Of a DNA stretch of 64,000 nt, positions 45,644 through 55,138 are shown in pieces. Position numbers and translations under genes: made by a program. The first letter of the stretch is position 1. Each line of letters begins with the position of its first letter. The stretch spans positions 8,548-72,547 of the forward strand of contig CAWABQ010000022.1 of the NCBI GenBank assembly GCA_963780265.1, in the 5' to 3' direction. Below the pieces are notes generated by a model that saw nothing but the letters and a program-made list of their open reading frames with translations, ran no database searches and was not told where the DNA came from. Source of the DNA: Candidatus Bathyarchaeota archaeon (lineage in GTDB: Archaea; Thermoproteota; Bathyarchaeia; 40CM-2-53-6).

Positions 45644-47182
45644 ATGGAAGTTCCAGGCTTGGGCGTAGGTAACGCCAACGGAGCCTGGTTCGGCATCGAA
45701 ACCATCGGTGAGGCCAATGCGGGCCACGCTGATGTCGGTGGATACACAGGTTACGCTTCAGGACCCCCAGGTGCAACTGGAGCAGACCCGCACGTACAGT
45801 CACCACTGGTTGGAGGCTTCGGCTTTACAACCGCGGTGATCAACAACTGGCACCACGTAAGCTACTTCAAACCAACCGCACTAGACTCCGGCCAATACTG
45901 CATTGCAGGATGGACCTACGGCTACGTACAGGACAAGCAATTCTGCGTCTACGCTAACAAAGGTGAAATTGCAGACATCAAAGTGAACTTCCTGATCGGC
46001 GTGAACATAACGTTGGATATACTCTTCAAGAAAGAGCATATCATAACGCCAACGGCGTTCAACATGTCTGCAAGAGTCCGAGTCTTCGATGACTCAGGCG
46101 TCCTTGTTGGTGAATGGATGACCAGCGAAGGCACATACGTTACAGGCAATGGCCAGGCGACGTCAGCCACATGTGGCGACGACATCTTTGGACATACAGG
46201 TCCAGGATCCGGATGCCTATACCCATGGGACGGAGGACTAGAGGGCGCTACCCCGATCGGCTTCAACTACCTACCGGGCGGCGTTACCAACCTCCACGTA
46301 CTCATCGCAGGCTTAGCACCAGACGCGACGGACACCACCACGGGAACGTGGGGTGACCCCGTCTTCGCGAACTCGGCTATCAACTGCGACTTCGAAGTCG
46401 ATTGCACAGGCCCAGGATTAGGCTACCCGTCACCCTGGTTTGTCAACAATGGCATATCGGGTGCACCGGACTATACGGGAAGCTGGACTGTTGAAACCGA
46501 CTTCGTCAATTGGTACGCTAACAACACAAGCTTCACAACGGAACCGGCAGGAGTTGTGATAAACCACAGCGTTCCACAATACTACCCACCAGTGGTCGGC
46601 TTACTGCAAGGTGAGTCATACCACATAATACCCGGCACCACAGCCACGACAGGCGTAAGCTTGACAGAGGACGGTGCCGAAAACAGCGCATTCCTTGGAC
46701 TGGCCGCACCAGGCATGGAGCGTAACCATCTTGGTCCGTACCAGCAACAAGGAGTCTGGCAACTATCCAACGCTCACCTAAGCGGTGAAGTCAGCGGAGT
46801 ATTCGAACTTGACCTCGCAGGCTACGTGTCAGGCTCAGCGTGGGCCTTCACATGGAGCAACGAGTTCAGGCCACTCAGCTGGGCAACCGTAACCATCGCT
46901 AGCGCAGACGGCAAATGGACCTTCACACAATACACCCAAGACGGAATCTACGAAGGGTACCTACCGCCTGGATCGTACACTATGACGATCTCGGCGCCAG
47001 GAATTACTTCGCAGACCCAGAGCTTCGTCGTAACAGCAGGCCAATCCTCAGGTGTAGGAACCGGCCAACAACTCTACATGGAACAGAGCAACATTCCAGT
47101 CCCAGAATTCAGCGGAATCGCAATCATGGCATTCTCAGCCCTAGCAGCATCACTATACCTACTACGACGCAGACGCCGCTAG
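45644..47182 (+). CDS. giant surface protein, fragment 6 of 6, with PEF-CTERM
   Basis: CarboxypepD_reg-like unit DGIYEGYLPPGSYTMTISAPGITSQTQSFVV. The C-terminus is SNIPVPEFSGIAIMAFSALAASLYLLRRRRR (PEF at 47102-47110). Confidence 0.75.
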   Translation: MEVPGLGVGNANGAWFGIETIGEANAGHADVGGYTGYASGPPGATGADPHVQSPLVGGFGFTTAVINNWHHVSYFKPTALDSGQYCIAGWTYGYVQDKQFCVYANKGEIADIKVNFLIGVNITLDILFKKEHIITPTAFNMSARVRVFDDSGVLVGEWMTSEGTYVTGNGQATSATCGDDIFGHTGPGSGCLYPWDGGLEGATPIGFNYLPGGVTNLHVLIAGLAPDATDTTTGTWGDPVFANSAINCDFEVDCTGPGLGYPSPWFVNNGISGAPDYTGSWTVETDFVNWYANNTSFTTEPAGVVINHSVPQYYPPVVGLLQGESYHIIPGTTATTGVSLTEDGAENSAFLGLAAPGMERNHLGPYQQQGVWQLSNAHLSGEVSGVFELDLAGYVSGSAWAFTWSNEFRPLSWATVTIASADGKWTFTQYTQDGIYEGYLPPGSYTMTISAPGITSQTQSFVVTAGQSSGVGTGQQLYMEQSNIPVPEFSGIAIMAFSALAASLYLLRRRRR

Positions 47183-47212
47183 GCGCCTGCGCACGTAGAA
47201 ACTCCCTTCCCC

Positions 47213-47219
47213 TTTTTTT
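47213..47219 (+). terminator. oligo-T tract (T7), archaeal terminator-like, 30 nt after the surface-protein stop
   Basis: The sequence CCCCTTTTTTTCTTCTC follows the TAG at 47180-47182. Confidence 0.4.
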
Positions 47220-47477
47220 CTTCTCAAAAACCCGTAAGACGACAGTCTACCCCGCAAACACTTCAGCCGTATTTCTGAAGAATGTGCTTCAGTTCAACGA
47301 TAAGAGGTCCGCGATTTTTGCCTATTTTTGCACTATTCTGTTGACATGTTGCCTACGAAATCAAAGGCGAGAAAGCAACATTCCATGTCGCTAACACGAA
47401 ATGTGCGTGGTATCGTTCTCGGTGTCCTCTGAAATGGAGCAAACAAGTTCGTTAGGACTAGGTTGCGAGGTCGGTGG

Positions 47478-48977
47478 CTACCGGGGTTTTTTGCTTGCCG
47501 AGCGGCGAATCCGTGAGCGCTTGCGTTTTTTCTTCGTTCTCGATTTGAACGCGTATAATCCTGCTGAGGCTCCTATCACAACGACTAGCCCTACTACCGC
47601 GTAAAGGCTAAGGTTTGCGAACGCAGCTTCCGTCTCATGAGTTATGGATATCGTTGGCTCAGTAGTGACTAGATGAGTTGAGCTGGAAGTCCTAGTAAAC
47701 CTTGGGGGGTTAGAAACAGAAACAGGGTAGGTGCCTGGGATCCTGACAAACGCCGCCCTGATTATCGAGTATAGGGCGAGCATAGTGGTTGCCAAGTCTG
47801 ATGGACGCAACTGGCGGCCGTCAACGGGGCCTTCGTAGAAGTTTCCTTGCGGAGTCTGCATGTCTGTTGATCGTTCGTCGCTTCCCGTCAACCAAGCATA
47901 GATCCTGTTTGAATCATTCCAGTATTTTGCGGGGCCGAGGTTGATCCAGACGTCAACTGTGGCCGCAAGCGTCGCAGATGTCGTCCACGTAAGCCTTGGG
48001 TATGGTATCGGGCCATTCGTATCGCGTCCGAAGGATACGCCCCCATAAGAGTCCGTGATATTCTCGACGTATCCTTCTTCCCATTGCTGCATCATGTTGC
48101 GCATACCATCCAACTCAGTTCGCTGGCTCGGGATCAGTAGTCCGATCCCTTTGTAGTAGCTGTTCAGCCCGAACATCGCGAATGCGTTTTCCTCGCTCGG
48201 TTGGAGGTTCATCGAGGCGTTCGAGTAGAAGCCGCCATTCCCCCAACGTGATCTATCGCGCTCCTGCAAAGAATTGAGCCAAGTCGCCATGAGCCGAGCG
48301 TAGCCGGCAAATCGTTCTGCAATATCTTTTCTCCCCCAATAATATTCGAAGGCTGCTACGTACATTAGCCCCATCAAGAGCGCTCCCTGGTATCTCACGT
48401 CCGTACCGCGCAAGCCGTTCGGAAACGCGAAAACGACGCCACCATCTCCGTTCAGCGAAGCAGGAAGCCAAACGTCAAGGCATAAACTTAGCCTGTCAAC
48501 TATCGGAGACCAGAAGCCATTTTCCGAGTTTATCTGACTGGTAACCGTAAAGGCGGCGTATGCAACACTCATCAAGACAAGGGAATTCCAATAGTAGAAT
48601 TTCCCGCTCGATTTCCAAGTCCCGTTTCCAAAGTCGTAGTATTGGTAGAAATCCCCATCCGGCGCCTGGGCGGCTGCCACGAACCTTGCCGCCCTCTGCA
48701 AGTCCACATAGTGACTTGTAGAGAAATGAGTTTCCTGGAATGAGGAGAGCGCCAAAGCAACCAGCGCATTGTCTTCCGTATACGCGCGCATAACCGAACC
48801 GTTTTGGTCGTGGAGGTATCCAGACACAACTGCGCTGCTGTGATAATTATTCTCGACGAATGTGATTGCACGCAGAATGCGATTCTCAATATCTGTGGTC
48901 GAAGTAACGGCAAGGCTCGCTGGCACAAAGGCCGGAATTACGACTAGTGCTAACAGGAGGAATACCAATTGCCTCAT
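47478..48977 (-). CDS. anchored extracellular alpha/alpha-toroid protein (prenyltransferase/terpenoid-cyclase-like repeats)
   Basis: The signal peptide begins at the ATG at 48977 (MRQLVFLLLALVVIPAFVPASLA); the track ORF starts at 49061. Repeated patterns are AAQAPDGDFYQYYD and WGNGGFYSNAS. The C-terminus is a TM helix plus KKKRKRSRIRR, with no PEF motif. Confidence 0.55.
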   Translation of the reverse strand: MRQLVFLLLALVVIPAFVPASLAVTSTTDIENRILRAITFVENNYHSSAVVSGYLHDQNGSVMRAYTEDNALVALALSSFQETHFSTSHYVDLQRAARFVAAAQAPDGDFYQYYDFGNGTWKSSGKFYYWNSLVLMSVAYAAFTVTSQINSENGFWSPIVDRLSLCLDVWLPASLNGDGGVVFAFPNGLRGTDVRYQGALLMGLMYVAAFEYYWGRKDIAERFAGYARLMATWLNSLQERDRSRWGNGGFYSNASMNLQPSEENAFAMFGLNSYYKGIGLLIPSQRTELDGMRNMMQQWEEGYVENITDSYGGVSFGRDTNGPIPYPRLTWTTSATLAATVDVWINLGPAKYWNDSNRIYAWLTGSDERSTDMQTPQGNFYEGPVDGRQLRPSDLATTMLALYSIIRAAFVRIPGTYPVSVSNPPRFTRTSSSTHLVTTEPTISITHETEAAFANLSLYAVVGLVVVIGASAGLYAFKSRTKKKRKRSRIRRSASKKPR

Positions 48978-49229
48978 TGGATCATCGGCCTTCGTTCCTG
49001 GGCGCACATTACATTTAAGTTGTATTGGGATCTGCCATAGCTCTGCCAACGCCAAGGTCAAACCATATGGCAGGACGGATCAAATGTTTGGCCCCCCTGT
49101 TTGACGCAGAAGTGCGCGCTTGGGACTGCCTATTCTTAGCCTAATGGTTCAGTTGGTTTGTTGACAGAACCAGCAAATAATTATGGGAGCCGCTAACTCT
49201 CATTGAAGCAAGCTTAGGATGCGGCTGGA

Positions 49230-49979
49230 TTGGACAGAGTTACGACAGGCATTAAAGGCCTCGATGAAGTATTGAACGGCGGCCTACCGAAGGATAGAAC
49301 GATCCTAGTTGTGGGAAGCCCAGGGTCAGGAAAGACAACTTTCGCGATACAGTTCCTTGTTGGTGGGGCGAAGGCTGGGGAACCAGGCCTCTATGTCTCC
49401 TTAGATGAGAAGCCTGAACGCATCAAAGCTAACCTCTCATCATTCGGTTGGAACCTGGATTCCCTCGAAGATGCCGGGAAGCTCACATTCATAGACGCAA
49501 CGCAACTCAAACGCCCGGGGCAACGAATCAACCAGCCACCCATTGACTCTGAAAACCCCGTGAGCCTCACCCTCCCAGAACTAACCTTAGGGTCCCTCGT
49601 CCGAACTATCAGGCGCGTTGCAGCAGAGGAAGGCACGCAAAGAATCGTAGTCGACCCCATAACCTCACTAATGCTCCGCTATCCAGAGGAGGCCAAACGA
49701 AGGCGCGCGCTTCTACTCTTCTTCGACGCACTCGAGTCAACCGGATGCTCCTGCATCGTAACCAGCGAACTCCGCACATCAATGCTTGCTCGGCGATTTC
49801 AAGTCGAAGAATTTCTATCACAAGGCGTCGTACTACTTCATACAATGGTACATGAGGGAAACGTTATTCGAGGGTTACAGGTTGAGAAGATGCGAGGCAT
49901 AAGCCACGACGCACAACTCCGCCCGTACCAAATTGGCCCGTCAGGCGTCGAAGTCTTTCCAAAGGACAGAGTCTTCTAG
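49230..49979 (+). CDS. KaiC/RadA-like single-domain ATPase (COG0467-type)
   Basis: GIKGLDEVLNGGLPKDRTILVVGSPGSGKTTFAIQFL (Walker A), RIVVDPITS (Walker B), LQVEKMRG. Confidence 0.8.
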   Translation: MDRVTTGIKGLDEVLNGGLPKDRTILVVGSPGSGKTTFAIQFLVGGAKAGEPGLYVSLDEKPERIKANLSSFGWNLDSLEDAGKLTFIDATQLKRPGQRINQPPIDSENPVSLTLPELTLGSLVRTIRRVAAEEGTQRIVVDPITSLMLRYPEEAKRRRALLLFFDALESTGCSCIVTSELRTSMLARRFQVEEFLSQGVVLLHTMVHEGNVIRGLQVEKMRGISHDAQLRPYQIGPSGVEVFPKDRVF

Positions 49980-50066
49980 CCGCTTCCGGTTGGAAGGCTC
50001 CATACTTCGGAAGCTTCCAACCCCAGCTTCGCTTGAACACGAAAGTGCCCGTGGAGTCAACAAAAC

Positions 50067-50819
50067 ATGACTAAACGTGAGGTAATCAGAAAACATGAAA
50101 GTTCAATACTGAAAGGAATCGCTGTCATTTCTCTCCTAGTTCTAATTGTGCTCGGCTCAACCCTCGTAATGGTTCGTTTTCTCCGAACAAATCCCCGCAC
50201 CGATATTGGGGCAACCGGATGGCAACAAACGCCGGAGGTTCGAATAATCATGGATTCAACGGCAGATTGGGCACGCATGATGTTCAACGACCTGTACGGA
50301 ACCGACTCCAACGGCATCAGAATTGTTGACTTTCACTCCCACGGATGGTTGTTGGGTAACGATAGCAACTACCGAATAGACGCCGCCCGCGGCCTCACTT
50401 TCCTCGACATAATCTACAACTCAACAGTCATGAAGACGGGTGACATTATCGGGTTCTTCAAAGGCAATAATGATTTCAGGCACACTAGGATGTTCGCGGA
50501 CGTAATCCTTGAAGTGAACTTCGACATGACGAGGGTGTCCGTGTACCTAATGCTGGCGGGCGCGGGAACGACAACGTTTCAGTTCATAAACAAGGAAACC
50601 GGAGTAGTATTATGGGAAGACACCGAAACGGGGCGTAGCGTCACCCAGTATCTACCGAGGTACATATTCCCTCAAGTGTTCTACGCAAAGGAAAAGATCG
50701 ATACCTACCTAGTCTTAGCACTGCTCGCGGGTACAATTCTTACCATCATAGTTCTTAACCCAATGTACCTCCCCAGACCGGCCGAACGCAGATCTAAGAA
50801 AGAATCTGGTGGTCTCTAA
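50067..50819 (+). CDS. bitopic membrane protein, function unknown
   Basis: An N-terminal TM helix (GIAVISLLVLIVLGSTLVMV), an extracytoplasmic domain, and a C-terminal TM helix plus RRSKK. Confidence 0.5.
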   Translation: MTKREVIRKHESSILKGIAVISLLVLIVLGSTLVMVRFLRTNPRTDIGATGWQQTPEVRIIMDSTADWARMMFNDLYGTDSNGIRIVDFHSHGWLLGNDSNYRIDAARGLTFLDIIYNSTVMKTGDIIGFFKGNNDFRHTRMFADVILEVNFDMTRVSVYLMLAGAGTTTFQFINKETGVVLWEDTETGRSVTQYLPRYIFPQVFYAKEKIDTYLVLALLAGTILTIIVLNPMYLPRPAERRSKKESGGL

Positions 50820-50909
50820 AACTGCCAGCAAAGAAGCAAAGAATACGCGGCGGATTAGTCGACCGAACGCTGAACAAGAATTCACCCTACCTTTTGATCG
50901 GGGCCCTGA

Positions 50910-51941
50910 TTGATCTCCGTCATCATTACGCTCCCACGCTTTGGTGCGGGCATTCCAATGAGCGTCGATACGACCAGCCATCTCTACAAGATTCTATTCC
51001 TGCAAAACTGGTGGAAACAGGGTGTCTTCCCATTCTGGAGCCCCGACTGGTACGCGGGGTCCCCTGCACTCTTGCTGTACCCGCCCTTGAGTTACTATAT
51101 CACGGCCGGATTTTCCATGCTAGGCGTGGATCCACTCCTATGCTACAAGTTAGTTGACGCAGTTTTCTATTTGCTCGCCCCAGTCGCGGTCTACTTTCTC
51201 GCAAAGGAGTTTGGCTTGAGCAAAGGCCAAAGTGCCCTTGGAGCCTTGCTCTTCAGCGTAGTTCCTGAGGTTATTGAGAACCACATATTTTTCGATAGGT
51301 TCCCAACGGTAATGGCAATCCCAATTTTCTGCTCTTTCATCATAATGTTTCACCGGGCTCTCAAGGAGCAGGCCGGTCTTACCTACTCACTGGGCTCGAT
51401 TCTAACAATGTCGGCTCTACTCCTTACACACCATCTTTCGGCACTAATTGCCGGAATAGTCGCCGTCCTTATGGTTTTGCTTACGATTGGAAAACAAGGC
51501 CTGAGTAGGCCTCTCATGAAACTCATTCTTGTCGGGGTAGGAACAGCTGGGGTTACAGCCTTTTGGCTTGCTCCCTTCCTAACGTCATTCGGCTTATTCA
51601 CAGGGAATCAATTCTATAATAGAAACGTGACATTTCCGTTCCTGAGGTTCACCTATTTCGGCTTCGACGTCACCTCCTACCTTCTCGGAATCGCACAATT
51701 CATTCTCGCTGCCATCGGCGTACAGTCAATCGTCGGCCGCAAATTCGGGAAACGAATTCCCATCAACGCCGTCATATTCTTCGCGGCTCTGCTCTGCGGC
51801 ATGGCATTGTTCCAAACAGGAGAGGTGGCGAACAACCTGATTCTGATGGGCTTGGGGGAAGCGGTTGTAGCTGGCTCTTTCACAGTATTCCTTGGGCAGT
51901 TGATTGTTTTCAGTCACATTCGACGGATTTTGTCGCTGTAA
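50910..51941 (+). CDS. YfhO-like GT-C-fold membrane glycosyltransferase candidate, N-terminal fragment (frameshifted)
   Basis: VDTTSHLYKILFLQNWWKQGVFPFWSPDWYAGSP, then about 8 TM helices. The break is at the T-runs around 51928-51957. Confidence 0.55.
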   Translation: MISVIITLPRFGAGIPMSVDTTSHLYKILFLQNWWKQGVFPFWSPDWYAGSPALLLYPPLSYYITAGFSMLGVDPLLCYKLVDAVFYLLAPVAVYFLAKEFGLSKGQSALGALLFSVVPEVIENHIFFDRFPTVMAIPIFCSFIIMFHRALKEQAGLTYSLGSILTMSALLLTHHLSALIAGIVAVLMVLLTIGKQGLSRPLMKLILVGVGTAGVTAFWLAPFLTSFGLFTGNQFYNRNVTFPFLRFTYFGFDVTSYLLGIAQFILAAIGVQSIVGRKFGKRIPINAVIFFAALLCGMALFQTGEVANNLILMGLGEAVVAGSFTVFLGQLIVFSHIRRILSL

Positions 51942-51955
51942 ATGGGTCCATTTTT

Positions 51956-53017
51956 TTGGTTCTGTGGTTCATTCTCTTCCTTTGGCTCAGCTTGGGATAC
52001 TACGCGCTTCCTATTCTCCAGCTTCCATACATTAGCCCAATTTGGGTAAAGACCATGGACGTCTACAGAATCTGGCTATATCTCGCTCTTCCCATGAGCA
52101 TACTCGCAGCCTGGGGACTTCAAAGATCCATCACAAAGCTCCATTCCTGGAAACCGCTAGCGGTCATTTTTCTGGTCGCTCTCGTAACTGCCCCAATCGG
52201 CGCGGGCGTTGTGCTGACAACGAATTATGCCTTCAACAATAACGTTAACCTCGTACTACCGTACTCAGCCGCGAACGCGGAAATTCCCCCGGCAATAATA
52301 CACTATTTCCAAAACGACCCATCGCCGGGAAGAATTTTAGCCTTCAACGTGCCATTCTGGATTTATGTTCTGCCTAACTACGTCGACAAGTCAATCGTTG
52401 ACGGGTGGTATCCGCAAACTAAACTAGTCACCCAACTCGTAATCATAAATGACTACCGACTAGACGACTTGGAAAACGCCTCTAACGACACAGCACGCTT
52501 GGACACTTGGAGAAGCCTCCTTTCCGAAGCCAGCCAACTTGACGTAACCTGGGTTGTGATTGGTGATAACGGGACACTAGCGAACACGATCATGAATAAC
52601 GCACCTTTCAACGAACAGTTAACCGTCCCATACGGAAAAGTGGACCTGAAGGTGTACAAAGCATCACAGGTGCCGTCGCTCATTGATTCGGGCCAAGAGC
52701 TTTCAGAGAGCGTAGCTCGTCCAAACCCGGACACAATCATCCTAACCCTCAAACCCATTCCCAGCAGCAACACGCTAATCGTGAAAGAGGCTTACTTCCC
52801 GACCTGGGCTGCTACAGCAGACGGGCAAGCCTTGCTCGTGAAACGCGAGGCCAGCACGGGGTATATTATGCTAACAATCCCAGCATACACTCGACAAGTC
52901 ACAATTTACCAGAAACCGGGCACCAACATTTGGAACGCGCTTTCCCTCGTTAGTCTCTTAGCTTGTGTCGCTCTAATGGCGGCGTTGCTCCTGAAAAGAG
53001 GACGATGGAGGACCTAG
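51956..53017 (+). CDS. YfhO-like membrane glycosyltransferase candidate, C-terminal fragment
   Basis: The periplasmic-type domain ends EAYFPTWAATADGQALLVKRE...YTRQVTIYQKPG, followed by a final TM helix. This is the YfhO-like C-terminal pattern as I recall it. Confidence 0.55.
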   Translation: MVLWFILFLWLSLGYYALPILQLPYISPIWVKTMDVYRIWLYLALPMSILAAWGLQRSITKLHSWKPLAVIFLVALVTAPIGAGVVLTTNYAFNNNVNLVLPYSAANAEIPPAIIHYFQNDPSPGRILAFNVPFWIYVLPNYVDKSIVDGWYPQTKLVTQLVIINDYRLDDLENASNDTARLDTWRSLLSEASQLDVTWVVIGDNGTLANTIMNNAPFNEQLTVPYGKVDLKVYKASQVPSLIDSGQELSESVARPNPDTIILTLKPIPSSNTLIVKEAYFPTWAATADGQALLVKREASTGYIMLTIPAYTRQVTIYQKPGTNIWNALSLVSLLACVALMAALLLKRGRWRT

Positions 53018-53168
53018 GTTCAGTGTCAAAACGGACTGTGGTCTTGGAGGAGCAATTTCTCATTAGGATCAGCCTCCTCTTCGCGGCGGGCTTCATTTTG
53101 CGGAGGGACTCCAGAACTGGATCCGCGGAAAGATTGTAACTCACCCTGAAGTTGTCGCATTACTGCTC

Positions 53169-54248
53169 TTGACTTACGTGACAGCGTTTGTTCTCCTCAT
53201 CCTCGCAACATTAGACACCAATGCAATTCTCAGACTACGCAACGTCGCACTTGTATCATTGATTCTGGCTACTGTGGTAAGCTGGTATGTCATAACCCAA
53301 GTGGAACATCCAGCGGCATACCAAACAGACGCGCTCGCCTTCGCACATTACTCGGCCATCCTCCTCGCCAAGGGAGTGAATCCATACACTCAGGACCTAC
53401 AATCCGCCCTTTCCATGTTTTCAGTAGATCCACAGTTCGTCACCCTCACGCCCAACGGGGGGCTGGTTAGCACACTCAACTACCCCGCGCTGCAGGTGAT
53501 TCTCTTGCTTCCCGTAGTCTGGTCTGGGCTACACGACGCAAGAATCGTCGTTTACATTTTCGAGGTAGCCTCGATACTCGTAGTGTACCTTTGGGCGCCT
53601 AGAGAAATTCGGCCAATAGCCCTGGTCCCCCTGTTCGCCGGCTCTGACTTGGCCGTAAACTTCAGCGCCGGGGCGGTAGCGGACTTCCTCTGGGTTTTTC
53701 CACTAGTCCTGATGGTTGTCTACCTTGATCGCCCTCGAATCGCCGGAATCATGTTCGGCTTGGCGAGTGCGGTAAAGCAGACACCTTGGATATTGGCTCC
53801 CTTTCTCCTGGTCTGGTTTCTGCAAAGCAACCAAACTCTCCAGTTCAAGGAACGGCTGAAGCGAACAGGAGCTTTCGCCACCTTCGCGCTGACATCATTT
53901 CTAATTCCCAACCTGTGGTTCATGCTAGTTGACCTCGGTGCCTGGTATTCGGGAGTGGTTACCCCAGCGTTCGGCAACCTGGTGGTGTTGAGCCAAGGCC
54001 TATCTCTCATCACATTAGCAGCGGGCGTCCCATTACCCCCCGCCTTCTACCTGACTGCAACGCTTTCAGTAGCGGGAGTACTTCTCGTGTGTTACTTCAT
54101 TTACTTCGAAAAGCTTGCCTTAACTGTCTGGGCCTTCCCAGCGATCGTTCTCTGGTTCTCCTACCGTGGTTTACAGAACTACTTCATCTTCTGGACGCCA
54201 TTGCTCGTGATGTCCGCCATCATGCTCTATAAGAAGGCGCAACCATGA
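53169..54248 (+). CDS. polytopic membrane protein, possible DUF2029/GT87-like GT-C glycosyltransferase
   Basis: About 10 TM helices. QTDALAFAHYSAILLAKGVNPY...YPALQ resembles DUF2029. The call is weak and from memory. Confidence 0.4.
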   Translation: MTYVTAFVLLILATLDTNAILRLRNVALVSLILATVVSWYVITQVEHPAAYQTDALAFAHYSAILLAKGVNPYTQDLQSALSMFSVDPQFVTLTPNGGLVSTLNYPALQVILLLPVVWSGLHDARIVVYIFEVASILVVYLWAPREIRPIALVPLFAGSDLAVNFSAGAVADFLWVFPLVLMVVYLDRPRIAGIMFGLASAVKQTPWILAPFLLVWFLQSNQTLQFKERLKRTGAFATFALTSFLIPNLWFMLVDLGAWYSGVVTPAFGNLVVLSQGLSLITLAAGVPLPPAFYLTATLSVAGVLLVCYFIYFEKLALTVWAFPAIVLWFSYRGLQNYFIFWTPLLVMSAIMLYKKAQP

Positions 54249-55108
54249 AAGCGACCAGGCCAGCGGCCGCAGTACTGTCGATATCGATTTGTATTCTGGT
54301 CATTAGCCTAAGTTTCACCTCATATTACGGTCAAATATACCAACCATCGCCACTGCTCAACACGAACATGAAATTCTGGACCCTTGACCCAGCCAACAAC
54401 ATAACCAAACCATACCTTTGGCAAGTCGATATAATCAAAGGGGTTTCTGATAACGTCAGCATTTATCAATTCAATGTGGAAAATCGCTCATCCATTGCGC
54501 TAAGAGTGAATCGTAGCAACCAAAACTACACTTCGGTCTGGACGACTCTGCACCTCAGACAGGATTTGAATGGTCAAGGTCTTGATGCTATCTTCCGATC
54601 TACGATTTCGCTCTGGGTCTTTCCAACATTCACTTATTGGTACGATAACTCATCCTATAACCCTGAGAATGCGTTCGGCATCGAAATTAACGACGGAACG
54701 AATTTGATTTGGTTCATATTCGCCGATGAACCCAGCCAAGTCTTCCAATTGCCTCATCACAGGATTGTATTGACACAGACCCCGTTGAACATTTGGTCAC
54801 AAAGGGAAATTGATATCGCTAAACAATATGATGAAGCGGGCTGGAAGAAACCTGAGTCTTTATCCTTCATCCTTCTACTGGGGACGACAAAAGATCACCC
54901 AGGTGACTGGGTTGGCTATGTCTCAGGACTAAGCGTGGATGTAAGCCCATTACAGACTGAAAGCCTATCTGCCTCACAGAGGCTAACCGTCCTGGCCATA
55001 GATGCAGTGGTTATACTAGCTGTTGCAGCAGCTGCAATCAGCTTGCGTATGCGAAAGGGAGCAAGGAGATTTAGTAGGGCTAAGAGAAAGACTGTAGTCA
55101 AAAGGTGA
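54245..55108 (+). CDS. bitopic surface protein, function unknown
   Basis: An N-terminal anchor, a ~220-aa ectodomain with several N-x-S/T sequons, then a C-terminal TM helix plus RMRKGARRFSRAKRK. Its start overlaps the upstream stop (ATGA). Confidence 0.5.
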   Translation: MKATRPAAAVLSISICILVISLSFTSYYGQIYQPSPLLNTNMKFWTLDPANNITKPYLWQVDIIKGVSDNVSIYQFNVENRSSIALRVNRSNQNYTSVWTTLHLRQDLNGQGLDAIFRSTISLWVFPTFTYWYDNSSYNPENAFGIEINDGTNLIWFIFADEPSQVFQLPHHRIVLTQTPLNIWSQREIDIAKQYDEAGWKKPESLSFILLLGTTKDHPGDWVGYVSGLSVDVSPLQTESLSASQRLTVLAIDAVVILAVAAAAISLRMRKGARRFSRAKRKTVVKR

Positions 55109-55138
55109 CCTGTAACGCATAGGAAATCACACCAGGAA

